From positions 5,146,001-5,210,000 of the forward strand of contig CDPCPM010000241.1 of the NCBI GenBank assembly GCA_976551045.1: 64,000 nt of DNA, given 5' to 3'. The notes under the pieces were generated by a model. It searched no databases, had not been told where the DNA came from, and saw only the letters and a list, made by a program, of their open reading frames with translations. How positions within the stretch are numbered: position 1 is the stretch's first letter; every line of letters begins with the position of its first letter. This DNA comes from Glaucostegus cemiculus. Taxonomy: Eukaryota. Both the position numbers and the translations under genes were made by a program. Shown piece after piece: positions 10,601 through 22,955 of this stretch.

Positions 10601-13379
10601 GACATTTAAATCTGAGGGTAAGAACAACATAGTTTATTCACTATAGCTTCATGGTAGTTTCACTGTGCAAAACCAGTGTCTGCTGCAGTGAATATGCCAA
10701 AATCCAATTCCACTACAGTAATTTCAGTGTCTGAAGCCACCTGAAAATAAAAGTTTGGAGAATCTCTCGGGTCACTTTAAAAGACCATCTGCTTTCCTAA
10801 TGCCCTATAGGAAAAGAAACCTGATATGCTTCCCTGGTTTGGCTTGAAAGTGACCCAAACCTCTGCCAACATGGTTGATCCTTAATCATCTTCTTGGAAG
10901 TAACTCAGTTAGAAAAGAAAATACCATCAATAACTGCTAATTTTATCAATTATTCCTACATACAGAAATTGACTGCTGATTTAATATTCCAGTTATGCAT
11001 TTTCTGATAAGGTCATGTATGTGTGTTTTTTTCTAGTCAACCCAACTGGCTGCTGGAAATCCTCTGGTGAGAATATTACTCCTGTTCTGAAGAGTTCCTT
11101 TAACTATGGTTTAGCTTTTAGTGTACTTTTCACATTGAGATCAATTGTGAAATGTTTTAACATTCTGCTCTCAATAACTTATTCCAGTATCAGCATCAAT
11201 TGTTTTAACATTCTTATTCATGAGAATAATTTTACGACAAAGCAATCAACATATATGTCTTTGTAACTGAAATTACTAGTCAAAAATATATCGCAGTAAA
11301 ATTAATATGGAGTTTATTTTAGAGAGAGCAAAGTTAGATGCAGTGAAGTTACAACATAAAAACAGTTCGCTTACCAAACTGTGTACACAGGCCATTTTAA
11401 CAAATAGTACTAATCATGTTTTCTTGTTATGTTTCCATTTTCTTTCACTTTGATTTCTTTCCTGTGAAGGAACTTGGGACATATAACATAAAAGGTATTG
11501 CAAAAAGCAGGCTATCGGTATCTATTTACTAATCCAATTTATCTGATATATTTTTTTCTCTAAAAATGCTTACTGCCTCAATCACTAAATTGGGAAGTGA
11601 ATTCTACCACCTAATAAATTAGTGTTAAGAAGTTGATTGTGCATTCTGTTGTATGTGATCTTGTATTTATCCCCATTCAATCTTGATCACTTGATCTGCA
11701 TTATATGGCTCCATTATCCCCATTGTTTAGCAACACATCAGCAATTCAAGTTATCTACTGGGGTCTTAATGCTGGCTTCATGTGACACTCAGCTAGTCTC
11801 TTTGATTTAAAGTCATAAAAGTATTAGCTTGAGCTTCCACTGCAGCAGACAGTCCTTGGATGTCCATTTGTGCAAAGATATCAATGGTTTTTACCTACAT
11901 GAGGGTTGAGTTTACAAGTGTGAACTGAGCCATCCATCATCTCTGTATTGGTAATAGTAATGGTGGGCTCCAAGATCTGGTCACCTTGGTGTCAGTCTCC
12001 ATTCCTCTGTCATATTGCATACCTGCCAATGCAATATTACAGTGTGCCAACCCTCTAGCTTTTTTGCTTCAGGCTACCCATTGAAGTTGTCATCTGATTG
12101 TCTGCATAGAAGTCATGTCTCCCCCATGAGGCAAAAGCTACACTATTCTATTCCTTTGGATGCAGTGAGTTATCAGTCTTTAGAACATGGAAAGGATCAG
12201 ATTCTAGACTGGTTGCTGTAAATATTAAATAAGGTTGCTTCACCTGCAAGAAGGAATGTGGCAAACCCCTACCCTAGCTTTGCAGTTTGTCATGCTATCA
12301 AGGTATGTCTAGGGCTTTAAGAAAGCAAACTAACAAAAATAACAATTAAAAGATATTTAAAATAACTTAAAATAATTAAATCTTGAAAGGAGACAAAAAT
12401 AATTTTAAAAGTGTGTCTGCAAGCTGTGGGATGTGAGTATACACTTGAAGGAGTACTCTGTGTGTGAGAATTTTTTTTCATGTTATCTTTCTTTATAACA
12501 AAGAAAGAAGCCATTTGGCCAATCAAGCCTACGGTAGCGCTTAGAGCAATCCATTCCCCCATTTACTGTGGTGGAGCGTATCAAGTCTGGTACGAGTTTG
12601 ATTGTTGGTTACAGAGATTGATTGAAAAGTCGTTGTATGGCACCTGAGGCTGGTTGTACCACTTCAGGGATGCAAGATATTTGAAAATGCATTCACTGAC
12701 CTTGACCACACATAGGAGTTCACCAAACTTCATGCAGCACTGTGTCCAAGTCCTCTCAACTTGCCTGCTGGCTTATCCCACCTCAGTCAGGTCCTCCAAC
12801 TACCTTAAAGGTATTTGGCTGGAGGACCTTCTGACCTCTTGGGGGAACTAATCTCTTTCCATCTCTCCAACTCTTGCAGCAAGAACATCAGTACTGAGTT
12901 GGAAAGTCATGGAACTACTCCCTCTTGAATTAATCCATTCTCAAATGCCTTCCAGGTCAGCTTCAGTTGCAGGCAGAATCACTTACATCTGCTGCAGCCA
13001 CCACGTATCTTCCACAACCTGATGCAAGCTAGCTTTAAGCAGCAAAAGCTAACTTTAATTAGTGCTAGTCATTCGTGTAATTGCACTCCCAATCTCTGAG
13101 GAGACAAATCGTTGAAAAGTGAAGTTAGAGCTACCTGCTAATTGAATTCACTCCAATAATCTGGTTTGTTGCCTGAATCAGAAACAATGGGCTCAGGTTA
13201 AAAATGCATCACTATCACTGTACTCATTTCAGAGACTATCCATTTAGCCTCTGGTTTCTCCTTTTATCATTCTTATGTAATTACAGATTATTTCAGACTG
13301 TAATCTTTACTATACAGTTCTAATGCAAAAAAATCCCAATTTTCTTTGGTCTGATAATTCCTCACAGCAGACAGCAACC

Positions 13380-13650
13380 TAATTAATTTTCATAATATCT
13401 TTCCTATTGTATGGAGTCCAATATCGTACACAGTTTTCCAAATGAAGTCTTATTAATATTTTAGAACACAAGAAATATGAACAACAAAACTACATGTGGC
13501 CCTGGAGTCTGCACCACCATTTGAAAAGATCACAGCTGATCTGGTCCAGCTTTCGCCACCACCTTCTTCTCTATTCCCGAGAACCCTTGATTCCCCTGCT
13601 GTCCAAATATCTATTTTAGCCCTGAATAAATTCAATGACTCAGCCTACAT
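13380..13650 (-). mobile_element. CR1 LINE 3' fragments
   Basis: FRAKIDI-like peptide and CR1 3'UTR similar to 22080-22255. Confidence 0.6.
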
Positions 13651-15063
13651 ATTACTTTGATTTTTATATTTGGTAGCCTGGAAATTCATTGGTACTGGGG
13701 GGAGGTGCACTACAGGGTCATCGTGTGGCATGCCAATGATGAGCATGGCTATGTTCACAACAAAACAAAATTCCACAGCACCTGAGGCAAAAGGTGTCAG
13801 GTGTTACGGAATAGCCTTCTACACACTGTACATTGCACCACCGAAAAGTGCACAGAAGAAAGTATCAGGTAAATTGGGGTCTCGGGAGCAATCACAAAGT
13901 TAGGAAGGGCAGGGGAGAGGGGAGGTGCAAAAACACGGATGTGATCAAAGTCAGGGGTCAGATTGGGAAGTTGATGTTGGGGCAGAATTAGAAGCTGATT
14001 AAGAGGATTAAGGTTGGTGGGTTGTGGATATAAAACATGGCGAAGGCATCAAACAAGAGGAAGAGTTAAGCAGGACATCCAACAAATGCGTGGTGCCCAT
14101 TCTGAGACTGAGACCTGCTCAGTGAGCAGCATTATTACAGCATGGTTGCTCTGGGAATCCTAACTGGCATGCACAATTCACAACAGCTTGGCCTAATTTT
14201 TTGGTCACGTGCGAAAAGAAGGCAGTGCACAATGTTTTGTCATTCCATGTGGAATCTGACATGGTAATGGCATCAGTGGCATATCAAATTTCTGGAGTGA
14301 CATGATTCAACCCAAATGTAGTCATAATTGCCTTCTGTTACAGAAATAACCAATTTATGTATGCTTTATATTGAAAGAAACAGTGCTATGTGTATAGATT
14401 TCGAGGTCATATATTTCCTTTACTGCCTTATAAACCCATGCTGCAGCCTGGATAATTCTTTGAACTTGTATCAGGAAGTGCCTCTGGTTTTCACAGAGCT
14501 GAGCCTATTTCCATTCACGGTAAATTACTTCTGGTTCTTTTCTAAAATACATCACCTCACATTTACAGACATTGAATTCCATCCAACATATTTTAATTTT
14601 AACCCATTCTGTATCATATACAATTTTCCAACCCTTCAGTTTCTTTTGAATTACTAAAAAATTGACATAAGAAAAGTTTCACATGACATTCAAACATATT
14701 CATGAAGTATTGTCATAAACAACATGTTCGTAATCAAGTGGGAAATTTAGAAATCAAAACTTGACTAGAAAGTATCAGGTTAGAGTAATTTAGAAGATAG
14801 TCGGGTTAAATGAAAGACAAAACTTCACTTAACAATACAGAATATTTGAAAATTAGATGGAAAGAGGTCAAATCATATCATTCCAATGAGAAAAATGGCT
14901 GTGTATTAAAAACTACAATTTTGCAGACAGAAAGGAAAGTTAAGTTAAATATAAAATGAAATACGCAGCATTTTCTGCTTTCAGCACAGTGAAGGAAGGA
15001 ACTGAGAGAGAGAGGGAAAGAAAGAAAGAGAGACAGAGCAAAGAGCAAGGAGAAAAACAGAAA

Positions 15064-15117
15064 TGCCTGCTTTAATATCTCACCTTTCATTGCCTGCTTT
15101 AATATTACACCTTTCAT
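15064..15117 (+). repeat. 27-bp tandem duplication
   Basis: TGCCTGCTTTAATATCTCACCTTTCAT followed by TGCCTGCTTTAATATTACACCTTTCAT. Confidence 0.9.
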
Positions 15118-15470
15118 TACCAAAGTGTTCCAATTGCTGTATGGCTAACAAAGTACTTCTGAGATATATATCTGTGCTAATATCTGCAAGCAAGTCTCTA
15201 CAGTGAGCAATGTGATAATAGTTGAATAATCTGTTTTTAGTTCTATTGACTGAGGGATAAATACTGACCTGGACAATGGAGATAATCCATTTACTTTGTT
15301 TCAAGATGGTGCATGGGGTCTTTCATCTTCATCTGAAAGAACAGACATAGCCTTGGTTTAATACTTTGCCTAAAAAATAGCACTACCAACAGTGCAGCAG
15401 TTCTGTCCTGAAGGTTTCTGCTCAAGTCTCTGAAGTGTGACAAACCAATAATTTTCAAAACAGAAAGCTG
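15115..15470 (-). mobile_element. Deu-domain SINE (SacSINE1-like)
   Basis: AGCAATGTGATAAT..ATAATCTGTTTT..TGAGGGATAAATA..CCTTGGTTTAA..CAGTGCAGCA..TGCTCAAGTCTCTG, recognised as the reverse complement of a Deu-SINE body. Confidence 0.7.
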
Positions 15471-15679
15471 GGCAAATATAAGCAATGCTCAAATATTACA
15501 AAAAAAGATTGTGATCATTAATAAATTGGTAATAAAGAAATTTTACAGTAATACTTATGGCAATAAAATTGTTGTATATGAACTTACCAGTAGTAAAAAG
15601 ATGGTTATGGTAGGGAGGAGAAGTTCTAAGAGATTAGGGAGCCAAGCTTCTAGTGAAGAATGAAGAGAAGTTGGAGAAG

Positions 15680-16230
15680 AGGACAGAACTATTAATAAAA
15701 GTTATTATTCAAAGTGGCATGGTACTAATAAAACTACTCAAATTTCAGACAGATTGATCAGATTAGGTAGCTTACATTTGAGGATTCTAATGGGAAACAA
15801 GGGAAGAAATAACAGAGACTCTGACTATAATTTTCCAGAATTCTGTGGAAATGGATATTTTGCCAGAGGATTGGGAATTGCCTATTGTGGCTTCTCTCTT
15901 CAAGAAAGGAAGCCAAGGATAAGCCAAAAAATTATGAGCCAGTTAAACTTACTTCAATGGTAGTTAAACTACTAAAGTTTATATTACGGGATGAAATTAC
16001 TAAATTCTTGATGTAATATGATTTAATCAGGGCCAGCCATCATGGATTGCTGAAGGGCAGGTCATGCTTAAACTTTAAAGAAGTCTTTAAAAAAATAGAA
16101 AAGATAGTTGAAGAAACTCCAACAGATACAGTTTAAATGGATTTTCAAGAATCATTTGATTAGATACTACAGAAGAGACTTATGGTACATTAAATTCTGG
16201 GGAATGTGGTACAAGCTCTGATGACAGGAC
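15680..16230 (+). mobile_element. Highly decayed CR1 LINE ORF2 fragment
   Basis: LHLRIL, LPEDW, HGLLKGRSCL and MDFQ..FD motifs in CR1 order. Confidence 0.7.
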
Positions 16231-16619
16231 ACCATTACAAATGAGAATAACATTTTTGTAAGAAGAGGACTGCATCCTCCTGAAAGTCTTCATGGAGGAG
16301 CTGGAAAAGGGAAACTAGTATTCTTGAGAGCCAGCTGAGAATATTACTCTTGACTCTAGGAGGGTTATGTCAATAATATTGTTTGCAAACTCTCTCACAC
16401 AGAAAAAATGCTGAAAAATTGTGCAAGAAACTCAGTAACTTGTTCAGAGGTCCATTGGATCAGAACACATTTTGCTTGCCCATTAAACTAATCAAACGCT
16501 GAAAGTGACAATGACCCACCAACTTTTCATATTTCATCCAGTGTAGATCCTCCCCACACTCAGCATACTTTTTGAACAACTTTTTTAACAACAGATAAAC
16601 AACAGATAACCATCAGATT

Positions 16620-16725
16620 CCAGATGAAAAACACAATGATGGTGGAGGAACTCAGCAGGCCAGGCAGCATCAATGGAGAAAAGCAGGCGGTCAATGTTCC
16701 AGATCAGGACCCTTCTTCAGGGGTC
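16620..16725 (-). mobile_element. Penelope-like terminal repeat fragment with degenerate hammerhead core
   Basis: Minus strand CTGAAGAAGGGTCCTGATCTGGAACATTGACC..GATGCTGCCTGGCCTGCTGAGTTCC. Confidence 0.6.
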
Positions 16726-16779
16726 AGGGTTCAGAGGGTCCTTCCCTCTCTCACCATCAGATTCCAACTCCTAAGCTCT

Positions 16780-16895
16780 GCAGGGTGTATAGTGACACAG
16801 TGGGTAGTGCTGCTGCCTCACAACTCCAGGGATGTGGTTTTCGATACTTACCTTAGATCCTGTCTGTGTGGATTTGCAATGTTTTCCCACTGACC
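16780..16895 (+). mobile_element. tRNA-derived SINE 5' fragment
   Basis: GTGACACAGTGG A-box-like, TTCGAT B-box remnant, GTCTGTGTGGA.TTTGCA block as in the V-SINEs. Confidence 0.6.
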
Positions 16896-18479
16896 AATAT
16901 GGCTAATTTGGAGATGACAACCAATGTCTGGCAACGTATGTTGCCATTGTTAAACCACAAAAAGGACACAGTTTTCAGGTATTTATATTTACTTAGAGGC
17001 ATCAAGTCTCCCAGAGAAAAGTAATTATTTGCTAATAACATTGAAAATTGTCACCTGTCTTTAAAATGGTCTTTATGTGAAACTGGCACAGCAGAACTAT
17101 TCTCAGAGCCAAGATATTTGTTTGGATGGAAAATAGAGGAAAATGAAACTAATTCAAATGTTAGGAGCTGGAAAATGAAGACAGATTTCTTCCCAAATAG
17201 AAACATACACTGACATTTAAATTTAGAAAGTTTTGACTTAAGGTCATTCTTTTCACTGTACCCACCAGGAAGATCATAAAAATTTACAGAAAGAGCACAA
17301 AAATGTAACATTTCATACATACAGTAGATATAGGAGCAACAGAAGTAAAATAATGCAGCTCAGGTTAAGAAATGGATTCAACTTTAAAAAAAAACCTTTT
17401 CTTATCACAGTGTTTACTTGTTTATTTTTTGTTTGCTTGAAGTTGTAGCATCTCAGAATTGCAATTATTTAGGAGCAAGATTAAGATTCTAATTCATATG
17501 GATCAATCTTTTGTTTTGTGTGCATACACAACATGAATTCTCCAATAGGAATTAACATTCCAAGATCCTGTTCTTACTTGTCATTAAATATGGACAATGG
17601 TTGTTCACTCTAGATATATTTCTACTTGACGATGAAAATAACATTTCCAAATCTGGGTAAAATTTTGAAAGACAAACCCTAGCCCCCACTTAGAAAGACA
17701 GACTTACTCTTGGAAAATTTATTGCAGGTTCCTCAAGAGCTACAAGTGTAATTTCAACATTCATGCCAATCTGAATCAGATTGGCTAGCTATTATACACA
17801 GCATCTGTTACTTCACTGAAACCTCAGACCCATGCCACTCTGGCACCCAATCTGATAACGCCAATACACAAGGCATAATTCAACCCTTTACTAATTACTT
17901 CAAGAGGTACCTCTTTTCAAAATTATTGTGTTGTTCATTACAGTTATTTTCAATTATATACTTGGAGGCAAGTGAAAAAGAACATATGGCTGGATTGGGC
18001 TTTAAAATAAATATTTGACTAATGAATTGATTTGAGGGATACTTTTGAGTTGATCATTACTAATACTTTTAGCCATATTTTGATTTGTTGATAAAGGATT
18101 ATCTGGACCAATCTAGATTTATTACTGATATACGATGGTGTTATATTATTTCCACAAGCTATTGGTTCTTTAAATAAAATGAACTTTGTCATATTCTGTG
18201 GCTTCTTGCTTAGTCATATTGTAAAATTACTTCTGAGTAACTCACTGCAATGTGGCCACTCTCCAACTCAAGATTACCCTCTGACCTGAAAATGCTTGAT
18301 GCTTGATGTTTTCATGAAGTGCCATTAGACTTTTTACATCTTTCCTTTTATGCAGATTTAAGAATGTTCTGATTTCAATGTTCAGAGCAAACTGCAAATG
18401 TTCCAATAAATCTGAATGAATGTACATGTGTTAGTGTTCATGCAGTTAAGCTACTACATAATGTAAACCACAATGCTGT

Positions 18480-19590
18480 CAGCTTAAAACTTTAAAACAG
18501 TTTTCAATCCAACAACATTTTTGGAACATGAACTCCACCTGATGTTGCAATAATGCTATCCATTTTGGCTTGGTTGAACAATAGTGTTCCTGTTCAGTGA
18601 CAGAAGTTATGGTGGAACCTGTTAAGTCATTGTCACCTTCAGGCTCCCACACCTCTTCTGCAGGCTTCCTCATATGACATCTGTACTTACTATGTAACAT
18701 TTTCCTCAATATTTCTCGATCTTCTTATTCCAGTTGACATTTTACACTTTAGCAACTTGGAGCTATTGGCAGTGTTTTCCTGGTTTGGTGCCTCATCTAT
18801 GTCTGGGCTAGGTCTGAAGTGAACCCTGGCATTGGAATATTATTGTATGCCAAGACACTGAGGTGTGCCTCTGCATGTGCTTCTTTTCCCTTTCACATAA
18901 TCAGCTTGGTTGTTTTGACTGCATTCTCCACCTTTCCATTGGATTGTAAATAGTGTGGTAATGATGTTGCATGAGTGAATTTCTACTTAGTTGCAAAGTT
19001 TGCAAATTCAACTAAAATAAACTATGGGCCATCAAATGTTACAACCTCATCTGAAATCATGTATCTGGCAAACTGAGCCTTCCAGCTGTCAATGACAACT
19101 GAAGATGTGGTTGAACTAAAGTGAATTATTTCCAGTGAGTTGGAAAAAAATAATCAATTGTCACCATGTTTTTGACTTCAACCATGAAAAGACCCACTGT
19201 TACTTTAGCCCAAGGTCTATTCAGCACCTCATGTGAAAGCAGAGACTTCTGTTACCTTGGTTCCATAGATATGCACACCCCATGTTGTCGTGTGAAGTCT
19301 CTCATGTCTATGTTCATACCTGGCCAAAGCAGTGATTCATGAGCTCTCCCCAAAAGTTGCTCTCTCCCAAATGTAATAAGTGCATTTGGTCTAACATTTC
19401 TATCCATGTAGAACTCTTTCACCTGTGTAAAACAACCCTCCAAAGTAATGAGCTCATCCAAAATACAGAAGTATGGAAACTGTATGGAACCTCCTGCTGT
19501 TTCTCTGCCCATCTTCTCATATAAGCTGCATGCAATTCTTGCAGCACTGTGTTACTTAATGTGTCTTCCTGTAGTTTCTTCATTGCTGGT
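18480..19590 (-). mobile_element. Decayed Gypsy LTR retrotransposon integrase
   Basis: RAHESLLWPGMNIDM..C (zinc-binding region), NRPWAKV, AQFARY and THATSLPHYLQSNGKVENAVKT (integrase core) on the minus strand. Confidence 0.88.
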
Positions 19591-21262
19591 GGACATTTCA
19601 AGTTCCTAAGTAAAAATACCACCAACAATTTGTCCTGGTCCAGCTACATTGGTACTATAGCCAAGAAAGCATATCAATGCCTGCACTTCCTCAGAAGGCT
19701 AAGGAAATTTGGCATGTCTCCAATGACTCATACCAATTTTGATAGATATGCCATAGAAAGCATCTTATCCACATGCGTCACAGCTTGGTATGGCAACTGC
19801 TCTGTCCAACACACAAAGAAGTTTCAGAGAGTTATGAGCACAGCACAGTCCATCATGAAAACCAGCCCCCCTTCCATTGACTCTGTCAAACTCCTGCTGC
19901 CTCAGGAAGGCAGCCAACATAATCAAAGACCCCTCCCACCCTGTTCATTCCCTCTTCTTTCCACTTCCGTCAGGCAGAAAATACTAAGTTTGAGAACATG
20001 TACCATCAGAGTCAAAGACAGTTTCTATCTCACTTCATTGGACTCTTGAACGGACCTCTCATATGTTAGAACATAGAACATAGATACCTACAGCACAATT
20101 CAGGCCCTTCAGCCTACAAAGCTGTGCCGAACATGTCCCCACACTATTAGGCTTACCCATAACCTTCCACCTTATTTACCTCCATGTACCTATCCAACAG
20201 TCTCTTGAAAGACCCTAACGTATCCGCCTCCACCACCATCTCCCGCAGCCCATTCCATGCACTCACCACTCTCTGAGTAAAAAACTTACCCCTAACATCT
20301 CCCCTATATCTTCCCCGCAGCACCTTAAACCTATGTCCTCTTGTGGCCACCATTTCAGCCCTGGGGAAAAGCCTCCGACTATCTACCCTATCCATTCCTC
20401 TCATCATTTTATACACCTCAATCAGGACCCCCTCATCCTCCTTCTCTCCAAGGAGAAAAGGCCGAGGTCCCGCAGCCTGCTCTCATAAGGCATGCTCCTC
20501 ATTCCAGGCAGCATCCTCATAAACCTCCTCTGCACCCTCTCTATAGCTTCCACATCCTTCCTGTAGTGAGGCGACCAGAACTGAACACTATACTCCAGGT
20601 GGGGTCTGACCAGGGACCTATACAACTGAAGCATTACCTCCCGACTCCTAAATTCAATCCCTTGACCGATGAAGGACAATACACCATACGCCTTCCTAAC
20701 CATAGAGTCAACCTGCGCAGCCACCTTGAGCGTCCTATGGACTCGGACCCCAAGATCCCTCTGATCCTCCACACTGCCAAGAGTCTTACCATTAATTCAA
20801 TATTCCGCCAACCTATTCAACCTACCAAAATGAACCACTTCACATTTATCCGGGTTGAACTGCATCTGCCATTTCTCAGCCCAACTCTGCATCCTATCTG
20901 TAGCCTCTGACAGCCCTCCAAACTATCCACAACTCCCCCAACCTTCATGTCATCAGCAAACTTACTAACCCACCCCTCCACTTCCTCATCCAGGTCATTT
21001 ATAAAGATGACAAACAGCAAGGGTCCCAGCACAGATCCCTGAGGTACACCGGAGGTCACCGACCTCCACTCAGAATACTTAAAAGATGAATTCTTGGTCT
21101 CCCAGTCTACTTCATCATGGTCCTTGCACTTTACTTATTCTGCATTCTGTTTCCTTTTTACTACCATAATGGACTTATGCATGGAACAATCTAGCTGGAT
21201 GACATGCAAACAAAAGCTTTTCACTGTATCTCAGTACATGTGATAATAACAAACCAATTTTC
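19590..21262 (+). mobile_element. Rex1/Babar LINE 3' part, split by CR1 at 20069-21078
   Basis: FKFL..NNLSWSS..KKAYQCLHFLRRLRKFG..IESILSTCVTAWYGNC; 3'UTR breaks at 20068 and resumes at 21079. Confidence 0.88.
20069..21078 (-). mobile_element. Relatively young 5'-truncated CR1 LINE
   Basis: [63 protein letters not shown]; (TTCTATG) tail; TTA at both junctions. Confidence 0.95.
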
Positions 21263-21392
21263 AACTTTCAGTGACAGACTGTTGCACACATTCACTTGTT
21301 CCAATTTTGTCTACAATCTCTCTTCCTTTCAGGAAGATACAGTGTGGGCAGTGAAGAGGATACAGACAGGGTAGGTGAATGGCAGGGACATT

Positions 21393-21635
21393 GGCGGCAC
21401 GATAGCGTAGCGGTTAGCACGACGCTGTTACAGCACCAGCGATCGGGGTTCGATTCCTGTCGCTGACTGTAAGGAGTTTGTACGTTCTCCCATGTCTGCG
21501 TGGGTTTCCTCCGGGTGCTCCGGTTTCTTCCCACATTCTAAAGATGTACAGGTAGGTTAATTTGGGGGTTTAAAATTGGCGTGGACTCATTGGGCCAAAA
21601 AGACCTATTACCACGCTGTAAATAAATAAAAAATT
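21393..21635 (+). mobile_element. tRNA-derived V-SINE (HE1-like) with CR1-type tail
   Basis: A box TAGCGTAGCGG 21403-21413, B box GGTTCGATTCC 21447-21457, V core TGCGTGGGTTTCCTCCGGGTGCTCCGGTTTC, tail GGACTCATTGGGCC..GCTGTA plus A-rich end. Confidence 0.88.
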
Positions 21636-21639
21636 TTAA

Positions 21640-22490
21640 AAAAGAAGTCTAATGTGGAACAGTGTGAAGTCATTCACCTTTGTGGGGGAAATATTGAGGC
21701 AAATAATTTTATAAATGGTAAGAGAATGAATGAGGTTGGTGTTTAGAGGCAAGTTCAGCAACCAATTATAAAGGCAAACAGTATGTTGACTTCCAATGTA
21801 AGAGGACTTGAGTACAAGAGTGGGCAAGAGAGGCCAGACAGTCTAGGACTGTATTCCTTGGAGTTTAGAAGAATGAGGGGTGACCTGATTCAAACATATA
21901 AGATCCTAAAGGGGCTTGACAGGGTTGATATTCTGGTATTTTCACTACTGGGAGAGTAATGAACAAGGGGCATAACTGCAAGAACAGGGGTCAGATAATT
22001 TAAAACTGAGGTGCATAGAAATTTCATCTCTCAGAGGGAAGTGAATCTTTGGAATTTTCTATCTCAGAGTTTGATGGAGGCCAGATCATTAGATATACTT
22101 AAGGTGAAAATAGATAAATATTTGATAGATCGGCAAATTAAGGGATGCAGGGAACTGGCACAGTCGAGAGTTAAGGCTATCACAGGTTAGTTCTGATCAT
22201 ATTGAAAAGCAGGTTCAGCTTGAGGGGTTTCCTGCTCCTATTTCTTGTGTTCTTGCATTCCCTTGCACTAATAGTATAAATATACTTGGGGAGACTGCAG
22301 CTGGAATATTGTGTACAGGTCTGGTCTCCATACCAAAGGTAAGATACATTTTCAACAGAGGGAGTGCCACAAAGGTTCACCAGATTGATTCTGGGGATGG
22401 TGAGTTTGTCACATGAGGAGAGATAAAGCAGGCTAGGCCGGTACTCCCTTGAGTTCACAAGAATGAGAGGAGATCTCATTGAAATGTACT
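21640..22490 (+). mobile_element. CR1 LINE 3' fragments (at least two)
   Basis: LGLYSLEFRRMRGDLI repeated at ~21843 and ~22432; LQLEYCVQVWSP. Confidence 0.85.
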
Positions 22491-22799
22491 ATACACAATA
22501 GTATTCTATTTACTTAGTATCCAGTTGCATAGTTATTGGCTTAATCTGTGATGATGCTGTAAGCAAGTTTTTCATCATACTTGTACCTCGCTATATTGCA
22601 TATGACAATAAACTCAACTTAACTTGGAATTCAGTTTATCAGGTGAATACAAAATCGTTACCACGATACACCCCCTGTCTCCTACAGCAATCAATGTAGC
22701 ACTTTTCAACAGCAATTTTGTGTGCCAAGAAAACTGCACGTAAATCTGATATACCACGATCAAAACAATTTCTGACACCAGGTTGAATTGTGATGTCAC

Positions 22800-22955
22800 C
22801 TATTGTAGCTGTGACACTTTACTCTGCATTCTGTATTGTTTTAACTTGTGCTACGTCAATGCACTGCGTAACAAATTATCTGTATGAACAGTATGCAAGA
22901 CAAGTGTTTCACTGTACCTCAAAACAAGTAACAATAATAAACCAATTCCAATTTA
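22800..22955 (+). mobile_element. Rex1/Babar LINE 3' tail
   Basis: Close match to 2825-2975. Confidence 0.75.

Noticed and set aside
19549-20049. Host gene in the 166-aa ORF
   Set aside because: C-terminal part of a Rex1/Babar LINE ORF, truncated and frameshifted.
21393-21465. tRNA gene
   Set aside because: A/B boxes run directly into SINE core and tail; it is a SINE head.
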